Shown here: in pieces, positions 1 through 11,331 of the stretch
Numbering within the stretch: position 1 is the stretch's first letter
How the letters are laid out: every line of letters begins with the position of its first letter
NCBI GenBank assembly: GCA_964016885.1
Contig: OZ024740.1
Span: 309,194,001-309,258,000, forward strand
Source of the DNA: Eledone cirrhosa
Taxonomy: Eukaryota
Length of the DNA: 64,000 nucleotides
Direction: 5' to 3'
The notes under the pieces: model-generated
The model's input: the letters and a program-made list of their open reading frames with translations, nothing else
The model's database searches: none
What the model was told of the DNA's origin: nothing
Position numbers and translations under genes: made by a program

Positions 1-171
1 CAAAAATATCTAAAGACAGATCTTTCCTCTATCCAAGATGATGATGTTGTCCGATGCTCTACAGATACTGCCAATCCACCACCCTATTAATAGTAGTAAT
101 AATAATAATAATAATAGTAATTTCTTACCTACATAAGCACAAGACCACAAATTTGTTGATCGGTAGAGCGC

Positions 172-385
172 AGGGGATTGGCAGTATTGGTAGGGCGTCA
201 GACGATATGCTTTGCAGCATAGAATTACAGCCCTTTACATTCTGAGTTTAAATCCCGTTGAGGTTAGCTTTGCCTTTCATCCTTATGTGGTTGATAAAAT
301 AAAGACCCTGTAATGTACTAGGTTGATTTAATCGACTTTCACCTCCTCCAAAATTGTTGACCTTGTGCCTAAATTGTTGACCTTT
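172..385 (+). mobile_element. tRNA-derived SINE (family S1, Meta-domain-like core)
   Basis: A-box-like TGGCAGTATTGG, B-box-like GAGTTTAAATCC, core GCCTTTCATCCTTATGTGGTTGATAAAATAAAG, (ATT)n tail; more than 20 related copies in window. Confidence 0.8.
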
Positions 386-829
386 ATTATTATTGTGGTT
401 GTTGTTAAATCATACTTAATGATTTGGTCCTCTAGCAACTAAATAAGAATTGACCCAGACCATATCAATTTGTCCAACCCATGCCAGTATGGAAAGAGGA
501 TATAAAGTGATGATGATGATATAAGATGGAAAGAAACAATTTATATAACATACATATGTTTGAAGTGAAATATAATATTCACTTTTATGAGAAATAAGAT
601 TCGCAAATATGTATCCTCTGTGATATTTCCGTTGCATATATTTTGAATAAATCAATCTCCATGGAAATAGGAAATCCTGCATCATCCAATACACTGGATT
701 GCTGTGATTAAGCTGCCAGGAGTTGTTCACATATATCTCTTATAAAGTTATACCAATCAACTCCAGTAGTATTTTGTTGATGTATAAACTACTTACAAAT
801 GGCTTACATCAGCTGCTATATCTAAAACA

Positions 830-1203
830 TTTAACATCCTGCATCACATGAAACCACATTAGCTAGACCTTGAAAAATTACAAAAGACCACTTTACCTCA
901 TCACATTAAATATTAAAATCTGTACACAACAAAAATACTCACTCCACACTATAAATGTGGTTAGTGTTAGGAAGGACATCCAGCCATAGAAACCTCTGGC
1001 TTGTCTCACAGCAGAACAACTCGTCGAACCCATGCTAGCATGGAAAAATGGGCGTTAAACAGTGATAAGGTTGAGGATGATTACTCAAATACTACAAATC
1101 TTTCCAATAATCTGTCCACTAGTAAAGATGTTTATAACATCCGAATTAACAAACTTGTATTTAGATATTTTCTGCTGAGTCATTACAGGATGGTAAAAGT
1201 TAA
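830..1203. mobile_element. piggyBac-type (TTAA) MITE family P1, interrupted by an RTE/SINE-type 3' tail (~940-1080)
   Basis: Ends TTAACATCCTG...CAGGATGGTAAAAGTTAA; body shared with copies at ~6945-7160, 7310-7515, 26390-26555, 43423-43750, 54195-54400. Confidence 0.55.
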
Positions 1204-1227
1204 TCACATATAGGCTACCTTCAGCAG

Positions 1228-1322
1228 CGATGGTGGTAGTGGTAGTGGTAGTGGCAGTGGCAGTACCAGTGGTGGTGATGGTGGTAGTGGTGTTAGTGGT
1301 ACCAGTGGTTGCAGTGGTAGTG
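1228..1322. repeat. (GGTAGT/GGT)n microsatellite
   Basis: Directly visible degenerate 3/6-mer repeat. Confidence 0.9.
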
Positions 1323-1541
1323 TTGAATTAGCAGAATTGTTAGTGTCAGACAGATGCTTTGTGGTATTTATTCTAGTTCTTCATGTTCAGAATTCAAATC
1401 CTGTTATGGTCAACGTTATCGTTTGTCCTACTGGGTGTCAATAATATAAAGTACCAGTAATGTACTGAGGTTGATGTAACCAACTTTCCTCCTCCCACAA
1501 ATTGCTGGTTTTGTACCAAAATTAGAAACCAATATTATTAT
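1322..1541 (+). mobile_element. SINE S1 copy (diverged)
   Basis: TAGCAGAATTGTTAG...AATTCAAATCC...AAAGTACCAGTAATGTACTG...AAATTAGAAACC + ATT tail. Confidence 0.75.
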
Positions 1542-1549
1542 TATAAACT

Positions 1550-1860
1550 GGCTGGAAGTTTGTTGAAAGGTGAATGAGAGAGGTGAGCATGGTCTGAGTG
1601 AATGAGCCTGCTCTGATTAGGCACCTGTAGACTGGTAAAGGACATCTGGGAGGGAGCACTTGCCCTAGTGATCATTTGTGGGCTTTCACCATGAATGACC
1701 ATCAGAAGTCTCTCCGCCTAGTGGTCAATTTGTTTTTGTTAGAAATATTTTGGATTCTTTGTTTTCATTATAACCCTTTTTATACACACAAAAGCCCATA
1801 CTGTATTGTCCTGTGTCATCCTTAATGTTTTCTTAATGTGAGCCGTGTGTGGTTAAAAAA
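1550..1860 (+). mobile_element. 3' end of L1/Tx1-like LINE (ORF2 C-terminus plus 3' UTR), decayed
   Basis: Frame reads KFVER*MREVSMV*VNEPALIRHL*, followed by a T-rich UTR ending GAGCCGTGTGTGGTTAAAAAA; resemblance to Tx1-like ends is from recall. Confidence 0.45.
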
Positions 1861-2084
1861 ACCTATTGTTTTTGTTTTTGTTTTGCTACACACATGAGTT
1901 AACTCCAGTAAATTTGTTATTTTCCCCTCTTTTCAAAAACCTTTCATTGTTTAATTTTTTATACAAATTTTGAATAGGGCACCATATCTTATCTCCAAGT
2001 AAGGCAACACCATAATATTTGGGCCTTTGGCCCAAATGTTTGTAATTCTAATTACAAATTATGCTCGGAAAATTTTAAAACAAA

Positions 2085-3240
2085 AATGGAGGTTACACCT
2101 CCCTCCACATCCAGTCAGTGCAGCAAAATAATTTTGCACGAGAAAAATGTGTCTTGACAACGTTTCTGACTGAAATCTAAAGATAATAACAATGTAACCA
2201 CAACCATTGTCACTACTGCCACTACAAACATCACCAGCAAGGCCACTGTCACCACCAACAACAGCAACAGTAACAACCGGTAAAAATGAGAAAGCAACTA
2301 GCCAACCAACAAGCCTGCAAAGCACTGGTTTGACCAGCCAGCAAGCCAGCCAACCAGTCAGTCAAGTAGGGAATGACACAGGTTCAAGGAAAATGGAAGA
2401 TGTTGCCAGCAACTTGAAAATCACTCCCACACAGCCAGCCTTTACCTTCGCAGTGGTAGCAAAACATGTAGAGAAATTAATCATGAAAGGAAGAATTAAT
2501 GGAGGTGAAGAAAATGGTAGAAAAGAGGGGTCACGGTGAACTTCAATCTACCATCTGATGTGGAAGGAAATCAGCTTTGCTGTATGGTGACATACTATAC
2601 AATTGGAGCTAAATCATGTTGAAATGTGTGAGCCACTGAGGCCCATATCCCAAAAACCTTCAGTGGTGTGTGAGCACTCAAAACACACATCACTCAGGGC
2701 AAATGATTTGGGTCAGTGGATGTTTTACTACTCCCCAGGAAACAAAATATCACTCCTTAACTCCGCGCAGAAGCAACGGATTAACTCTTATACCATCATA
2801 TTGCGATTAGAGATTGATAATGGTGAGGGCGACCCAGTTGCTGCTCACAATAATAATTCTTTGACTAATCACAGCTGTCTTTGCAAACATTGAGGACAAA
2901 AATGACCATTCTAGATGTTTACAAAATAAAAAGACAAAACTGGTCTGAATCAGGCATGGAACTACTTATTCAAATGGACCAAGTCTGCATCGAGGCCATC
3001 CCCATTATAATAGATCTCGATGGCACTCATCTTCCCCAAAACCGAGGAAGCTAGAAAACCAAAATGTCATACACGTGAGGAAAAAACTGACCTCAAGGTC
3101 TTTCTGTTCACCACAAATCCCAAGGAAGGAAAGGGCCTCTTTCCTTCCAACACCAAATCCATTACTGAATGATCTGATGTCTTTTGTCTATGCCCAAATT
3201 AGCACATTCAGGAAATCCAATCAGTACCTGTCCCCTCCCC
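2085..3240 (+). pseudogene. Decayed coding-like segment, possibly LINE ORF1 (gag-like) with broken zinc knuckle
   Basis: More GC-rich than flanks; ORFs 2207-2539 (S/T/Q/P-rich) and 2603-2893; near 2882-2920 CKH*GQ then NDHSRC after a 1-nt shift. Confidence 0.3.
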
Positions 3241-3355
3241 CAAAACTATTATTAACATTATTATTATTAAACAGACTGGGAGTGATTTAATTGACTTTCC
3301 TCTTCCCTTCAAATTGCTGGCCTTGTGCCAAATGTAGAAACAATTAATATTATTA

Positions 3356-3545
3356 TGGCAGTATCGGTAGAGCATCAGACAACATGCTTTGCAGTATAGA
3401 GTTATGGTCCTTTAGGTTCTGAGTTCAAATCCCGCTGAGGTTAACTTTACCTTTCATCCTTACGGGGTCAATAAAATAAAGTACCAGTAATGTACTGGGT
3501 AATTGCAGGTCTTGTGCCTAAAAGTAGAAACAATTATTATTATTA
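3356..3545 (+). mobile_element. SINE S1 copy (short subfamily)
   Basis: TGGCAGTATCGG A box, GAGTTCAAATCC B box, CCTTTCATCCTTACGGGGTCAATAAAATAAAGTACCAG core. Confidence 0.85.
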
Positions 3546-3734
3546 TCTTCATCATCATCATTAATCATATAAATAACATCTAAAATCACATCTCATTTTA
3601 ACAATGAAACATGATAGACAAAAAACTGGAATAAACAGGCTAGCATAAGTCTAACAAGTGTCTCCAAATTTATGTTTATTTAGTTTGTCATTAATTCAAA
3701 GAAAAAATGAAAAGCCAGTTGCTGCTCCTCTGGT

Positions 3735-3968
3735 TTTCTCTTCCTCTCTCTCCCACCCCCTCTCTCTCTCTTCCTCTGTCTCTCCCACTCTCACTCTCTT
3801 TCACTCTCCATCTCTCTATCGTTCATTCACCTTCTGTTTCTCTTTATCCCTTGCTCTTTCCCCCCCTCTGACTCTCTCTCTCTCTCTCCTACACACACAC
3901 CTTCTCTCCTATTTTTCCCAATCTCTTGTGTTTAGCTTATATTCCCCCCTCTCCTGCTCTCACTCTCT
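3735..3968. repeat. CT-rich low-complexity tract
   Basis: Degenerate (CT)n; explains ORF 3658-4122. Confidence 0.85.
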
Positions 3969-4957
3969 AGTTCAAATTTTACATCCTTGTGGCTATACTG
4001 GTACACATAAACATACACAAATACACATATTTACACACAACAAATTTATAAATCATTTTATATTATCTTGTTTGATGTATTTCTTTATGCTGTGTGATAT
4101 AATAATATATTTAGCTGTGTAAATTTTGAAATGATTCCAGTAGATGATACATTGATATTTTTCTGTTTATAACTTTGTCTTTTGTAGGTTGGGAATTGAA
4201 ATAAATGAAATTTTGTTTATCATGATCGTTGTTGTTGTTGCTACAGCTGCTGCTGCTGTTGTTGTTGTTTTCTATTAAAGATTATTTAGACTCCAGTGGA
4301 AGATTTTAGATTTTTAATTTTCATCTTACATTTTCTATTAGTTTTATTCTGTGTTTACATAGAGCTAGGTTTGAATGTTAAAAAAATCAGATATTTCTCA
4401 ACAAAAACACATAAATTCTGTACCAAATGGCTATGAACACTCATATATATAATCATCATCATCATTATTATGTATGTGTATATATATATATATAGACAAT
4501 TGTCAGACACTCATAAATTCCATTTTTATAGATATATACTTAGAATAAATGAACCTTTCATATGTGTGGGATTTAAGGTGTATGTGTACATGAGTGTTAA
4601 TGTGAACCTTGTCTTTTATCTGTGTCGTATTATTGTGTATATATCTAAAAATAGTTTTTTCAAAGAATCCCTGTTCTTTAAAATCCCTTGGCCAACGACC
4701 ACCACCCATCCCCAAAATCACCACCTTCTCCAACCACCAGAAAACATAAATACAACAGTTTTACAAGGACAGTCAGATTTCCTGATGATTTCTTTTGAAT
4801 GAAACAGTTTTAGTCCTGTAGAAGCCATTTCCATATTAAACATGATGTTTACACTCTACTAATGTATTGAGTACCCCAAATTAAATGCAGGACTCACACT
4901 CACACACATATGTATATATATATATAATTTTATTTAATTTAGAAGTGATTTTTGCAT

Positions 4958-5024
4958 GACTAGTACTGCTTCATTCAGTGGTGAACTTTCAGATGATTTC
5001 ACCACCAAATGAATGGTGCTAGTC
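4958..5024. repeat. Imperfect inverted repeat (fold-back family H1)
   Basis: GACTAGTACTGCTTCATTCAGTGGTGAA (4958-4985) pairs with TTCACCACCAAATGAATGGTGCTAGTC (4998-5024); related to 4780-4835 and 60281-60378. Confidence 0.8.
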
Positions 5025-5074
5025 CTAAACTAATGTTAAATGTTAATTGTAAACACACACAACACATATACACA

Positions 5075-5215
5075 TAGAGAATGGACTACTAATGTTTCGG
5101 CCTACCAAATTTCACTTTCAAGGTATTACTCCACATGAAGCTTATTAGAAGACACTTGTCTAAGGTGCCACACAATATGACAGAACCAAACCCCTTAGCC
5201 ATACAGCCATGCTTG
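5075..5215 (-). mobile_element. tRNA-derived SINE fragment (family S2)
   Basis: CTACCAAATTTCAC...AGAAGACACTTGTCTAAGGTGCCAC...CCATACAGCCATGC; related to 16988-17110 (+) and ~43045-43170 (-). Confidence 0.6.
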
Positions 5216-5614
5216 TTAAATATATATGAATTTCTATATTCTCTTAACCTTTTCTTTAGAAAGTGATAATTTAGTTGACAAATATTGTGTATATGTAGCC
5301 AATTTCTTGGACTTTTACAAAGCGCTGAGGGAATAAAGTTAATATAAAGAGTGATGTGCTCATATGTGGAGATGCTGTAAAATAGGATGAAGACCCTTAA
5401 AGACAGAAAGAAGTTGTCATTGGCTGCTGCAAGTGACTGATGGCAACTTCTTTTTTTGTCTTATAAGCTATTTCATAGCATCCCCATGCATGAGAACACC
5501 ATTCTTTAGACAATTTAGCTTTTAGAGGTTTATCTTTTCAGATCATAATGGTAAAGTGTCATAATTCATTGGGTTGTTGAAAGTTCCATGAAAGATTATC
5601 TTCATGTATGCTGA

Positions 5615-6060
5615 TGTGGTTATTCTTTAGTCCCCAGGTTAGTCCTGATTAAAACTAGCTTCATGATCAAAAGTGTTCCATCTGTGACCATTCTATCTTT
5701 TTGTATACCAAGGACTACATAAGTTATAGCTCTAACATAGCATGATTCACAATAGAGGTGCATATGAAGGCACACATGATATGTTTATGTGTAATAAACA
5801 TAAGTTTCACTATAAATGTTTTAAGCTGTGATCATGTCATAGCTATCTTTTTGTAACATGATTACAGCTTAAAACATTCATAGTGATACTTATGTATGTT
5901 TATTTTACGTAAACATATCATATATGCCTTCATATTTACCTCTATCAGAGACTACATTGGCTAATGTATCTTTTATTTAGCTTGGTAGAGTGTGATGTGA
6001 GAAAATATGGCTGCTATTTCCATCTGCCAAATGGTAAGTGATCATGTAGAGGCTACATTG
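5615..6060 (-). mobile_element. SINE-like family S3 copy, interrupted by a hairpin insertion (5721-5949)
   Basis: TTTAGTCCCCAGGTTAGTCCTGAT...TGATCAAAAGTGTTCCA...GACTACAT...GGCTGCTATTTC; same family repeated at 20135-20945 and 24700-27790. Confidence 0.6.
5752..5945. repeat. Long imperfect inverted repeat (~90-bp arms)
   Basis: ATAGAGGTGCATATGAAGGCA...TTTTAAGCTGTGATCATG pairs with CATGATTACAGCTTAAAA...TGCCTTCATATTTACCTCTAT; single arm also at ~30317-30415. Confidence 0.85.
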
Positions 6061-6321
6061 ATTAGTTTAATTTCAGAACTGTAAACTAACAAAACCCTTG
6101 TCAATTATACAGTGCTTCTATTGCTTATAGTGGTATCTGTTTACAGCTTGACATATATGTATCTATGGTCCAATATCCCTGATGAAGATACAGAATACCA
6201 TAGTGACATACAATAACATATCTTGGGTTCTTTAAATCAGGTTGGAACACAGCTGATTTATTCCAGAGAATGAGAGAGAGAGAGAGAGAGAGAGAAAGAT
6301 AGAGGAAGAATTGACCCTAAA

Positions 6322-6468
6322 TATCAGACTAGTACTTTTTGTAAATTAATCTTGAAAGGATGAAAGGCAAAATTGACTTTGGTAGATTTTGAATTCAGAT
6401 TGTAGAAAGCCGGAACAAATACCACAAATCATTTTATCCCATGTTTTAACAACTCTGCCAATTCACTG
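6322..6468 (-). mobile_element. SINE S1 copy (diverged)
   Basis: AAGGATGAAAGGCAAAATTGAC...TTTGAATTCAGA...CTGCCAATTCAC. Confidence 0.7.
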
Positions 6469-7927
6469 TTTTTCAGCTCGGTAGAATGGGCTTTTAAATT
6501 TTATATGTTTCTGTTGGAAAGACACAGCTCTGTGCTGGTGACAAGATAATATCTGTTAAACTGTGCTAAGCTACAAATCTTGTAACTTGGCCAACTGCAT
6601 GTAGCTTTATTTTCGACAAAATATTTCAATTATCTTCTGTAAGATATGACCAGTTATGTCTTGCAATATATTTCTGTAAAATCACATTAATTCTATCTAG
6701 TGGCTAACAGGAAAGGAAACTAATAGAGAAAGAGAGTGAAGGTAGTGGGGGTGAAAGACTGTGAAACAGTTTAGGGCTGCATATAATAATTCTCTGTTTC
6801 AAGTAGCTTCCACAAAGGATTATCATGGATTATAGGTATCTTGTAATGAATAGGATTATCATTAATGGTATAGGCAAATAGAGAATTTGCAAAATCTTTT
6901 GGTTTGGTTACTATGGCAGTGAAAGGCCTTTGTATTAAATCTTAATTAATCTTAATCTGTAACGATTTAGAAGAAAATATCTAAAAATAGGTTTGTTAAT
7001 TCAAATGTTTATAGTATCTTTACTATATAACAAATTATTGTAAAAATTTGCAGTATTATAGTAAACACTTTAAATTTTAAAGTAATGTAATCAGAGTGCT
7101 GTTTAGTACTTGTCAAGAATTTCTTGCTAATGCGGTGGCACAAGCTTTTAAGAGATAAATCGATTTGATTCTTACTAGTTTGCTAGCTTTGAGGTCTCTT
7201 GGTTATCAACTTTTTTGCTCCAATAACTTTGTTGCCTACTTTACCATTTCATAAAACCTTTTCTAATGCTCTCTTTCTCTCTCCCCCTCTCTCACTCCCT
7301 TCTCTCAATGTTCTATGGTGCTTGAAACCACACAAGTAAGACATTCTTGAAAAGTACAGATGGACACTATGACTGCATCACATTATTAAAGTTTTTATTA
7401 TAATACTGAAAATTTCCACGATCTGTCCACTAGTAAAGATACAACAAAGATTTGAATTAACAAACTTGTTTTTAACATATTTTCTACTAAATAATTACAG
7501 AAAGTTATGAGTTGAGTATCAATATGTACCTGACAAGTAGTGGGATTGATTTGACATACTAAATTCCTTGAATGTGGTGCACAGCATATCACATACTGCA
7601 ATGGACATGAGTCTCTCATTGAATCATAACAACTTTATCATTTTCATTTATAATTTTTCTTGTGTAACCTCTACTTAAATGCAAAATACTGTCTAATGAA
7701 GCCATGCTAGCTGAAGCCATGGTAGCTGAAGTTGCAATTACATAACTACAATGGGCTAGCATTGCGGAAATGGGCATTACAATAAATTTGATTATGTAAT
7801 TACAGAAACCTGTCTTAAAGTGTATTTGTCAAATGATACTCCTTTGTGTTATATGCAATCTTATATCACTGTTATGATGTGGAGTGTTTAATGTTGTTTT
7901 CTCTACAAATAAACACTTAAATAAAGA

Positions 7928-7973
<46 letters not shown>

Positions 7974-8638
7974 CACATATTGTGAAAATTTAAATAACAA
8001 AAAGAGTGAATTATTCTAAAAACTGCCTTCATAAAGCTCTGTCTACATTCCAAGCCCCGCAAAAAGTCAGGAAAAAACACTAAATAAACAGGTTCTAATT
8101 GTTGACGTCTCTTATCAACTGTGTACCTAAAACGTTTTAACAGATTATAAAACTTTAATAATTTTTATTTTTTAATTCTTTTATGATATGATTAATGTTA
8201 GATTAAAGGGTCCTATTTAGGTATATAAACATATTATTGGTTAACATGATCTCTTGAGGAATGTGCATATCTTTTGATTGTTAAGATATATTTAATTTTT
8301 GACTGGGATTCTTGTATATATATTTTTTTTAAATATATGCCTTATACGCTTAACAATTATAATGTACCGTAAATCATTCATGCATTTATGTTTTTGTATT
8401 TTTACTTATCTGGAGTATGTTTTATGATTCAGGAAGTTTGATTTATATATTTTATTTATATATATTTACGGTATATGCATCACACACGATACTGGTTGTC
8501 AATTAATTTAATATTACTAACAATGATTGTACTATTTATTTATTATATGTATATCGATCACTAATATCTAGAATACTCTATTTATATTTGAATAAATCTG
8601 TACATCTAGTATAATAACATGCTTCTAATTACATTTAT

Positions 8639-8825
8639 AAGTACTTTAAATACTTTAATGACTTTCTAGTGTTATAATCGTTAAATATTTTCTAAACTCT
8701 CTAAGTTATATAACGATTATTATTGATAAGTACTTTAGATACTTTAATGATTTTCTAGTGTTATAATCGTTAAATATGTTCTAAATATTTTCTATATTTT
8801 CTAAGTTATATAATGATTATTATTT
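8639..8825. repeat. ~90-bp tandem duplication in AT-rich island
   Basis: AAGTACTTTA(A/G)ATACTTTAATGA(C/T)TTTCTAGTGTTATAATCGTTAAATAT...CTAAGTTATATAA occurs twice. Confidence 0.85.
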
Positions 8826-10062
8826 AATTTAATTTAATTAAATTCGACTCACCTTTGGGTCAATGAAATTCTTAGGCTTTCTCTTTCTCATGTTTGCAGA
8901 CACATTATACTACTATATAAATTTATAAAGAAAATCTAAGATCGCAGACAATTCATTTTTTTACTTTGAATCGTATTCTTATCCGTATGATTCAAGAAGT
9001 TTGACTTGTATATTTATAGTATATACATGACCTTATTATAATAATTGATCTAAAACCTTAATTTTTAACAATATTATCAGTAACTTATTTATTGTATTAT
9101 ATTATGTTATATGTAAATGATAGGTATCATCTTAATCTTTTCACAATATAATCTTTGTTTATATTTAGACAAATGCATATATCTAATTTAATAATAAACT
9201 TTTTTTAAGTTTAATTATAAGGCCTCTTGATGCTTTAAGGCATTCTAATTGTTAATCTGAATTTTTTAAAATTATATCTTCAATATAATAATTAAATATA
9301 TTATAATAAAATTATTAAGATTTACCTTTGAGAGGATGAACAATAGCAAGTTTTCTCTCTCATGTTTACAAATAGTTTAAATATGAATTCATAAAATATG
9401 ATTTTATAAATTAAATATGATAGTATACTTTAATATTAATACAGATATTTATAAACTTTTATAGCCTGAAATATTATACACTTTAATTAATTCATTACTC
9501 TGAACTAACTTAAATGATTTAAAAGTTAACGGTCAACCGGACACATTTGGATAGTATATATAACTTATTAACTGAGGAAATTAACCCTTATTAATTACAC
9601 CCAGTTATATTTAGGATTTAGATTGATGAATATTTCTAGATAATTCAATAATTCGAGTTTACTCTATCGCATACCTATGCCCAAATGTATAGTTGTGTAT
9701 GGATATATATCATACAAAACTATACATCCCTCCCTATAATTATAATTATTCCTCTTTGTCTCCCTTTCTTTGATCAATTTTCCTTTGCTCTCTATACCTC
9801 TTCTAGCTATATTTTCCCCTCATATGTTTTCTCTCTTCTTTTTTCTTTCCTCTTTCTTCAATAATTATTTGAATCTCTAACAGTTATGTAAATTACTGTT
9901 ATGTATCTTTAAGCTTTCTTACACGCACCCTCTGTATTATATGTAAGTTTTTTCATGTATCAATCTTAAGGTATATAAATATTGAGTTTTGTCATATCTT
10001 ACTCACTACCATGACTAGATCTTAACCATCTACTATGTCAGGGTATGTCATGCATCATCTTA

Positions 10063-10125
10063 TTTTATCTGATGAGGACGTACTGTTGAAGTTAGCTCAG
10101 TACCTCTGAAATATGTATAATAAAA
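10063..10125 (+). ncRNA. Minimal type I hammerhead ribozyme motif
   Basis: Stem I TTTTAT(10063-68)/ATAAAA(10120-25); core CTGATGA (10069-75); stem II GGACGTACTG/CAGTACCTCT (9 of 10 pairs including a G-U); GAAA (10108-11); short self-complementary stem III ATATGTAT; UH cleavage site after 10119. Confidence 0.7.
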
Positions 10126-10275
10126 GATACTTGATCACAATGAAGTTCTATTTTTGTTAATATTTTGAATGAATATATATATATACATATATATAAATCA
10201 GGATGGATTCAGTTTGAGACTGGTTGGATCATTACTCAACAGAATACTCGATACTTGGGGTAGTAGAGTATGGTG

Positions 10276-10389
10276 ATATTATAAAGAGTCGGGACCCAAT
10301 GACTGAGCTCTTACCTTTCGACAGATAGTTCTATACTAGCTGTTGAAATGGCAAGAGCTCAGCTGCCGGGTTCCGGCTCTTTATGATAT
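10276..10389. repeat. Fold-back hairpin (~50-bp arms)
   Basis: ATATTATAAAGAGTCGGGACCC/GGGTTCCGGCTCTTTATGATAT, CTGAGCTCTT/AAGAGCTCAG, TTTCGACAG/CTGTTGAAA. Confidence 0.85.
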
Positions 10390-10727
10390 ATATAGAGAGA
10401 TAGAGAGAGGATTGGGGGAAATTCTTTTTTGGAGGATGAATGTGAGTGTGAATAGTTTATTCATTATTTTTTTAATGGTATTAATACACTTATTCATTGC
10501 TCATTTATTTATGTCATTGAATGACACAAATAAACTAAAAGTGGATATTATCATGTTGGTCAGTTTCTTCTCTTTCACTGGTATGTCATTGTTGTAGTTT
10601 TCTTTTGATATCTTTCACATGCTAGAACCTATTCAGAAAGACAAATGCATTGCAGTAGTGTCACTGTGGCCATTATAACATAGATTTTTCAAATCACTTT
10701 TAATTTATTAATATTTGATACTTATCT

Positions 10728-10890
10728 AAGATGGTGAATTGGCAGAGTTGTTAGAATATTGGATAAAATGCTTTGCAGTATTTGTTCTGGCTCTCTGTGC
10801 TGATTCCAAAACCTGTTGAGATTACCTTTTCATCCTTTTGAAGTCTAAAAAAAAAAAAAAAAAAAAATAACAGTCCAGTACTGCAGTCAA
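10728..10890 (+). mobile_element. SINE S1 copy (diverged)
   Basis: GGTGAATTGGCAGAG...CCTTTTCATCCTTTTG. Confidence 0.6.
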
Positions 10891-11216
10891 TTCTTTCTCT
10901 ATATCTCTTTTTCATTTCCTCTCTATCAGTCTGTCTCTTCTTCTCCAGAAGAAATCGGATATATTCAGACCTGGAGAGGGATGGGTTCTGCCAAGTTCAA
11001 AATGCCCCAAATACATTGTATGTCACTACAGCTTCACCAGGAGTTATGGGTCCACTCAAACATACATATCCTCAAACATACATATCAAATATATTGGAAG
11101 TATAGCACTGCTAGAGCATTTGATAGAACACTTTGTAGTTTTATTCTGGCTCTCTGCACTCTGAATTTAACTAGCAGAAAATATTTAAATGTTTATATTT
11201 GAAAATGTGAGTTAAA

Positions 11217-11331
11217 CAGAAAATAACTGTAATAACAGACAGAAAAAAAAGTAGACTGAGGCATCTGGTAATTGACCCTATTTTTTCAATTTTTATCTAT
11301 AGTGATTGACTGTTATTGCAGTTATTTTCTG
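11217..11331. repeat. 22-bp inverted repeat with ~70-bp spacer
   Basis: CAGAAAATAACTGTAATAACAG / CTGTTATTGCAGTTATTTTCTG (one mismatch). Confidence 0.75.

Noticed and set aside
3356-3435. tRNA genes at A/B-box motifs (many sites)
   Set aside because: They are SINE heads continuing into the shared core and tail; no cloverleaf.
4160-4210. Splice acceptor TTTTGTAG of a possible terminal exon
   Set aside because: No supporting reading frame or partner exon; such motifs are frequent in AT-rich DNA.
6175-6235. CTGATGA hammerhead start
   Set aside because: No GAAA after a plausible stem II.
7975-9720. Possible mitochondrial insertion (NUMT)
   Set aside because: AT-rich, but I could recognise no mitochondrial tRNA, rRNA or protein motif; not excluded without alignment.
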